Source: a virus (taxonomy: Duplodnaviria > Caudoviricetes). Taken from it: a stretch of 64,000 nt of DNA. Below are positions 59,571-64,000 of the stretch, in pieces. The stretch spans positions 540 through 64,539 of the IMG/VR virus record IMGVR_UViG_3300028591_000213; one strand, 5' to 3'. The notes below the pieces were generated by a model that searched no databases, was not told the origin of the DNA, and saw only the letters and a program-made list of their open reading frames with translations. Within the stretch, counting starts at the first letter, position 1; every line of letters starts with the position of its first letter. The position numbers and the translations under genes are program-made.

Positions 59571-60131
59571 ATGGCAGATAAAAATTCAAATTTTGAACTT
59601 TATGTTAAAAAGTTAAATCAATTGGGTTTAGACACCGATTGCTTATTAAAGGAATATGGGGATTTATTACGTGATGCCTCTTTTAGTTTATCAAACGATA
59701 ATGGTTTGGCATTTGAAGGGTCATTAATCAATACGCTGTTATTTAAATTAACTCCATATGCTGTTAAGATAAATGATTTATTTCCTGAAAACATTCGTGT
59801 TGATAAATCTTCATTGGTTAAGGTTTGCTTATTGCATCAAATAGCAAAGGCTGTTAGACTTGTTAAAAATGACAATGAATGGGAGATTAATAATCGTAAC
59901 CTATTATATAAATATGCAAAGAATCAGCCATCAATTAGAACGGGATTACATTCTTTAGTTATGTGTCAAAATTGCGGAATACAATTTACTCCGGAAGAGT
60001 CTGAAGCAATGACAATTAATGATAGAGATTTGAGTGATGACCAAGCAAGATGGCATTCAAGCATATTTGCTTCAATTGTAAGGCAAGCAAATGAGATGGT
60101 ATATTTGGAGGCAAACAATAAAAAGCAGTAA
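59571..60131 (+). CDS. HD-domain-like protein (degenerate HD to HQ)
   Basis: KVCLLHQIAKA resembles LLHDxGK; helical character. Confidence 0.45.
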   Translation: MADKNSNFELYVKKLNQLGLDTDCLLKEYGDLLRDASFSLSNDNGLAFEGSLINTLLFKLTPYAVKINDLFPENIRVDKSSLVKVCLLHQIAKAVRLVKNDNEWEINNRNLLYKYAKNQPSIRTGLHSLVMCQNCGIQFTPEESEAMTINDRDLSDDQARWHSSIFASIVRQANEMVYLEANNKKQ

Positions 60132-60140
60132 TTTGTTGTA

Positions 60141-60764
60141 ATGATGATGATGGACAATAAAGATTTAATTGAATATATTAAGAAACCCATAGGTTGCTCA
60201 AAACTTGAGGTATCATTTAAAAAGCTTGATGAGCGTGCCGTAATTCCAACTTATGCCCATGATGGCGATGTTGGCATGGATTTAACGGCAATTGACATTG
60301 AATATAATAGTGATATGGACTGTTATATATATCATACTGGTTTAGCCTTTGAAACGGACAAACATTATGGTATATTTTTATTTCCGAGGAGTTCAAATAG
60401 AAAGACAGAAGCTTATCTTGCAAATCATGTTGGTATCGCCGATTCCGCAATATATCGTGGCGAAATAATGCTATGTTTCAAAAACAGAACATCATTAAGG
60501 CAACAGGCTCTTGAAGGCAGAACTATTAGTTTTTTTAACGCCATAGAAAAGGGTAAGAGCTTGGAAGAGGCAACAAAAGAAAGTATAGAGGGATGGATGG
60601 AAGTTATGAACAATACAATGTTATTTGCACCTTATAAGGTAGGTGATAGGATTGCACAAATGGTTGTTTTGCCTTATCCGGATGTTAAATTAATAGAAAA
60701 AAAGGAATTATCAGAAACTGAAAGAGGCTGCAATGGATTTGGCAGCACTTCTGTTAAAAAATAA
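60141..60764 (+). CDS. dut: Trimeric dUTPase with a ~47-aa insertion
   Basis: GDVGMDL, FPRSS, GIADSAIYRGEI, GDRIAQMVV, RGCNGFGST. Confidence 0.9.
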   Translation: MMMMDNKDLIEYIKKPIGCSKLEVSFKKLDERAVIPTYAHDGDVGMDLTAIDIEYNSDMDCYIYHTGLAFETDKHYGIFLFPRSSNRKTEAYLANHVGIADSAIYRGEIMLCFKNRTSLRQQALEGRTISFFNAIEKGKSLEEATKESIEGWMEVMNNTMLFAPYKVGDRIAQMVVLPYPDVKLIEKKELSETERGCNGFGSTSVKK

Positions 60765-60770
60765 AATGTT

Positions 60771-61307
60771 ATGGAATTATCGCAATTATTTAGAAGGTTT
60801 TTAAAAGAAAATAACATATATTATGCTTATAGCGACGGACGAATGTCTGGTATTAAAGGAACATACTTTTTAAGTTCTGATGAACATTTATCAAAAAAAA
60901 TTTATGTTTATGGAGGATTATACGATTTTTTTCGGATTACCGCCGGATGCTTATCAATGTTTAAAGGACATGCCAACACCCCCAAAAGAAGAAGCCTTTA
61001 TCGTTTAAATAAAAAATGGAAAGATTTTTTAAAAAATACTTACGTTCAGCACAATTTATCAGTGGGAGATGAAGTTAAACTTTGTTCATACCAAAAGATG
61101 GAATTTTTAGTGAAAGAAATAAAAAATAATGGTTTTGTTACTGTTTGCTCAAATAACCGATTGTATAACAATGATTCTTTTAATATACCTATATATGCAA
61201 TAGAGTCAAAAGTTAAAGGCAATCTAATAAAAAATTATTATATAAATGATGGAGAAAACACATATGGGAAAATTGACGGAGAATTCAATGAAATACAGTT
61301 ACAATGA
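60771..61307 (+). CDS. Hypothetical protein
   Basis: 178-aa ORF with ATG. Confidence 0.55.
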   Translation: MELSQLFRRFLKENNIYYAYSDGRMSGIKGTYFLSSDEHLSKKIYVYGGLYDFFRITAGCLSMFKGHANTPKRRSLYRLNKKWKDFLKNTYVQHNLSVGDEVKLCSYQKMEFLVKEIKNNGFVTVCSNNRLYNNDSFNIPIYAIESKVKGNLIKNYYINDGENTYGKIDGEFNEIQLQ

Positions 61308-62442
61308 CATATTAATTAAACCAGCAATCCTATCTACAATCAGTCACAGGGCAGAATGCAATCCTTTTGACGATAATGGCAAGCTACCATTATTTACAGC
61401 GCCTATGGATAGCGTTGTTGGGGTTGATAATTTCGAGTTGTTTGAACAAAATGGTATAATTCCAATTCTTCCAAGAACGATTGATTTAAAGACAAGAATT
61501 GAATTTTCCTTTAACAACAAATGGGCGGCGTTTTCATTGCAAGAATTTGAAGATGAGTTTACAAAAGAGCATAAAACGCATAAAGATACCATTAAGGCAC
61601 TTATTGATATTGCAAATGGGCATGTAGCAAGACTGTATGAGGCTGTGAGAGCATCAAAGAATATATTTGGAGATTCCATTGTTGTAATGGTTGGCAATAT
61701 TGCAAATCCAGAAACATATAGGGCATGTGTAGAAAACCACGTGGATTATGTTAGATGCTCAGTAGGCACTGGCAATTGCTGTATAACATCAAGTAATACC
61801 GCCATAGGTTATCCTATTGCCTCACTAATATCAGAAATTGCAGAAATTAAACAAGAATATATTGATAAAGGAATAGATAATAATTCATTGCCAAAAATTA
61901 TTGCTGATGGAGGGGTTAGAAATTATTCAGATGTAATAAAAGCAATAGCACTTGGGTCAGATTATGTAATGTGTGGAAGCATATTCTCAAAAATGCTAGA
62001 ATCATCAGCTTTAAAATATATGGAACGTTATTCATCGGTAGGCAAACCAATAAATTTAAAATTTCCAATTAATAGATATGAAAATTTAAGATATGAAAAT
62101 GGAAAATGGTATGGAGATTATACAGATGAATTTATTGGTAAAATGTCCAATGATGGAAGAAATACAGAAAAACATAATCACCATATTGGAACTATAATAG
62201 CAAAAACATATGGTATGGCATCAAAAGCTGGGCAAATTGCAATGAAAGGAGAAAAAACGCATACCAGTGAAGGTATAGAAAAAAACATAAAAGTAGAATA
62301 TACCATGAGCACATGGGTCGAAAATATGACAGATTATTTAAGGTCAGCAATGAGCTATACCAATTCAAAAACACTTGATGAACTTAAAAAAGCAGAAATT
62401 GTAATTATTTCAAATAATACATATAATTCTGTTAATAAGTGA
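61288..62442 (+). CDS. IMP dehydrogenase / GMP reductase family protein
   Basis: YNDILIKP, FTAPMD, IDIANGH, SVGTGNCCIT, IIADGG, VMCGS, YGMAS, SEG, LRSAMSY; start MKYSYND at 61288. Confidence 0.88.
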   Translation: MKYSYNDILIKPAILSTISHRAECNPFDDNGKLPLFTAPMDSVVGVDNFELFEQNGIIPILPRTIDLKTRIEFSFNNKWAAFSLQEFEDEFTKEHKTHKDTIKALIDIANGHVARLYEAVRASKNIFGDSIVVMVGNIANPETYRACVENHVDYVRCSVGTGNCCITSSNTAIGYPIASLISEIAEIKQEYIDKGIDNNSLPKIIADGGVRNYSDVIKAIALGSDYVMCGSIFSKMLESSALKYMERYSSVGKPINLKFPINRYENLRYENGKWYGDYTDEFIGKMSNDGRNTEKHNHHIGTIIAKTYGMASKAGQIAMKGEKTHTSEGIEKNIKVEYTMSTWVENMTDYLRSAMSYTNSKTLDELKKAEIVIISNNTYNSVNK

Positions 62443-62477
62443 TAAAATGCTTCAAGCCTTGGTAGGCATTGAAGAAA

Positions 62478-62592
62478 TAACGGACCGTAGGTAAGCGGTT
62501 TGAAGGGCGTTGAGGGTAAAGTGGTTGTACTCCCTATGAAACGCCAAGATAGTAAATCCTGAAGGTTTATGCCAACAGGTATATCATTACCT
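62478..62592 (+). ncRNA. Orphan TnpB omegaRNA-like structured RNA
   Basis: ACCG/CGGT stem, then GGCGTT-GAGGG...CCCT-ATGA-AACGCC, resembling the conserved omegaRNA hairpin; GC-rich intergenic block; no tnpB ORF adjacent. Confidence 0.5.
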
Positions 62593-62625
62593 AAAATACT
62601 TCATTGTTTAATTACTTTTTTTAAG

Positions 62626-62652
62626 AGTCGGAATTTTATTCCGACTTTTTTT
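62626..62652 (+). terminator. Rho-independent terminator
   Basis: AGTCGGAA-TTTTA-TTCCGACT plus U-tract. Confidence 0.7.
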
Positions 62653-62696
62653 GTTTACTTTTCATATTTAATTATTATATTTTATAAAAAAAGACA

Positions 62697-63410
62697 ATGG
62701 AAGATAGCATAGCAGTAGTAATTTGTTCTCGTAATAACGATGAACGTAAAAATAAAATAATAGAACACGTGCAAAGTACTTGTGGATGCAATGTACACAT
62801 ATTTTATATATATAACCCAGAAGGAGTAGGGCTTACTGAAATATATAACACAGTTCTTTCACCAGAAAAATGTGAATATGACGTTATTATATATGTTCAC
62901 GATGATGTTGAATTTCTAAGAAAAGGCTGGGGAGCCGAAATATTAAGGCTTTTCAATGAGCACGAAGATTATGGCATAATTGGCGTTGCTGGCTCTGCAC
63001 AATTTGATGAAAACGCAGCATGGTGGCAATATGAAAAGAAATATGGGCAAGTTTTGCATCGCCATGAAGGAAAATCGTGGCTAACATCATTTTCTCCATT
63101 ATTGGATAAGGATTTGCAAGAGGTATGTGTAATAGATGGGTTATTTATTGCTGTTCATAGAAAGAGAATAACGAAACAATTTGATAAGGATTTGAAAGGC
63201 TTCGATTACTATGATATAACTTTTTGCCTTGACAATTATTTGGATGGAAAAACAAAGATTGGCGTTACAACAAATATAAGGTTGGCTCACAATTCAATTG
63301 GCCAGATGAGGGAGACTTGGTATGCTGCTAGAGAATATGTAAATCAAAAGTATAAAGATTATTATCCAATAAACGTTGATGATAGGAGACAGAAAAATAA
63401 TAGAAGATAA
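62697..63410 (+). CDS. Glycosyltransferase family 2-like protein
   Basis: IAVVICS, YVHDDVEF (DxD-like), IIGVAGS, VIDGLFIA, FDYYDITFC. Confidence 0.8.
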   Translation: MEDSIAVVICSRNNDERKNKIIEHVQSTCGCNVHIFYIYNPEGVGLTEIYNTVLSPEKCEYDVIIYVHDDVEFLRKGWGAEILRLFNEHEDYGIIGVAGSAQFDENAAWWQYEKKYGQVLHRHEGKSWLTSFSPLLDKDLQEVCVIDGLFIAVHRKRITKQFDKDLKGFDYYDITFCLDNYLDGKTKIGVTTNIRLAHNSIGQMRETWYAAREYVNQKYKDYYPINVDDRRQKNNRR

Positions 63411-63878
63411 ATGCTCGGAACTAGGTTTTAAGCTTGTTGATAATGATTTTGATTATGATTTAAATAGAGATGCTCGTTTTAAGGTTATTTGTTTAAAATG
63501 TGGTAATGAGTCTTATAAAACGTTTGTAACGCTAGTTAAAAAATCATGTAAATGCAAGTTTTGCCACGAAAGGAGAAGAAACTATCATAATTCTCGTGAT
63601 GAAATACTGCCATTAATAAAATCAGCTTGCGAAAATAATGACTATATTTTTTTAGATTTTGTTGGCGGAAAATGGATAGGCTGTAGAAAAACTAAATTAT
63701 TGGTTAAATGTAAAAATTGTGGTAAAATAACAGAAAAAAACTATGATAATTTGGTAAACAAAAATAGTAAATGCATTTGTCATAGAATTGAAAAAATCAA
63801 AAAGAAAAATGTTTTATCTGAAAATGCTGTCAAAGAAACGATAAATTATATTTCAAAAATCAATAACTTTACCTTTAT
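63376..63878 (+). pseudogene. Zinc-finger homing-endonuclease-like gene interrupted by the IS mini-element
   Basis: CLKC, CKFC, CKNC, CIC zinc-knuckle repeats; frame runs into the element at TTTAT and stops. Confidence 0.65.
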
Positions 63879-64000
63879 ATATAATAGAGCAAGAAAACCC
63901 ACTCATCTTCAGTGGGTGGGATGAATTGCTCAACCTTGGCTCTCGATGTATTTTCTGATAGTAAAAGTACTTGACAGAGATATAAACGCTGCAATGAATA
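63879..64000 (+). mobile_element. Second copy of the IS200/IS605 mini-element (truncated by window end)
   Basis: 122 bp matching 10214-10335 with 2 substitutions; again directly 3' of TTTAT. Confidence 0.88.

Noticed and set aside
192-62374. Numerous short antisense or overlapping ORFs in the six-frame track (e.g. 1611-1928, 3842-4225, 47002-47442, 56814-57290)
   Set aside because: Shadows of longer motif-bearing genes on the other strand or frame, with no independent motifs
1-64000. tRNA or rRNA genes
   Set aside because: No cloverleaf with T-loop/D-loop consensus or rRNA-like segment was recognised by eye; tRNAscan-SE would be needed to exclude them formally

Overview
AT-rich 64-kb segment of a large tailed (myovirus-like, jumbo-type) bacteriophage. 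The host is most likely an anaerobic Bacteroidota: there are TAnnTTTG -7 promoter boxes, nrdD/nrdG, and BACON-like and BspA-like proteins. Standard genetic code. Contents: (i) replication and nucleotide-metabolism genes (flap/5'-3' exonuclease, helicase with a class-3 mini-intein, NrdD split by two group I introns and an intein, thioredoxin, NrdG, primase, RuvC-like, SbcC/SbcD-like, sigma factor, dUTPase, IMPDH/GMPR); (ii) a baseplate/tail block at 12-38 kb; (iii) an amidase endolysin; (iv) many selfish elements (five free-standing endonuclease genes, two copies of a non-autonomous IS200/IS605 mini-element of 255 bp, an orphan TnpB omegaRNA-like RNA). The most striking system is a pair of ~1.6-kb inverted-repeat-bounded cassettes in opposite orientation (39860-41451 and 52219-53808), each carrying a hypervariable BspA-like LRR gene. 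In both, codon 20 is a TAA stop at the exact centre of a perfect 27-bp palindrome, so flipping the palindrome converts TAA to TTA (Leu) and opens the gene. Two other hairpins in the same cassettes have loops that are reverse-complemented between the copies, which shows that such micro-inversions have occurred here. All calls are from motif reading only; no database searches or folding programs were run.
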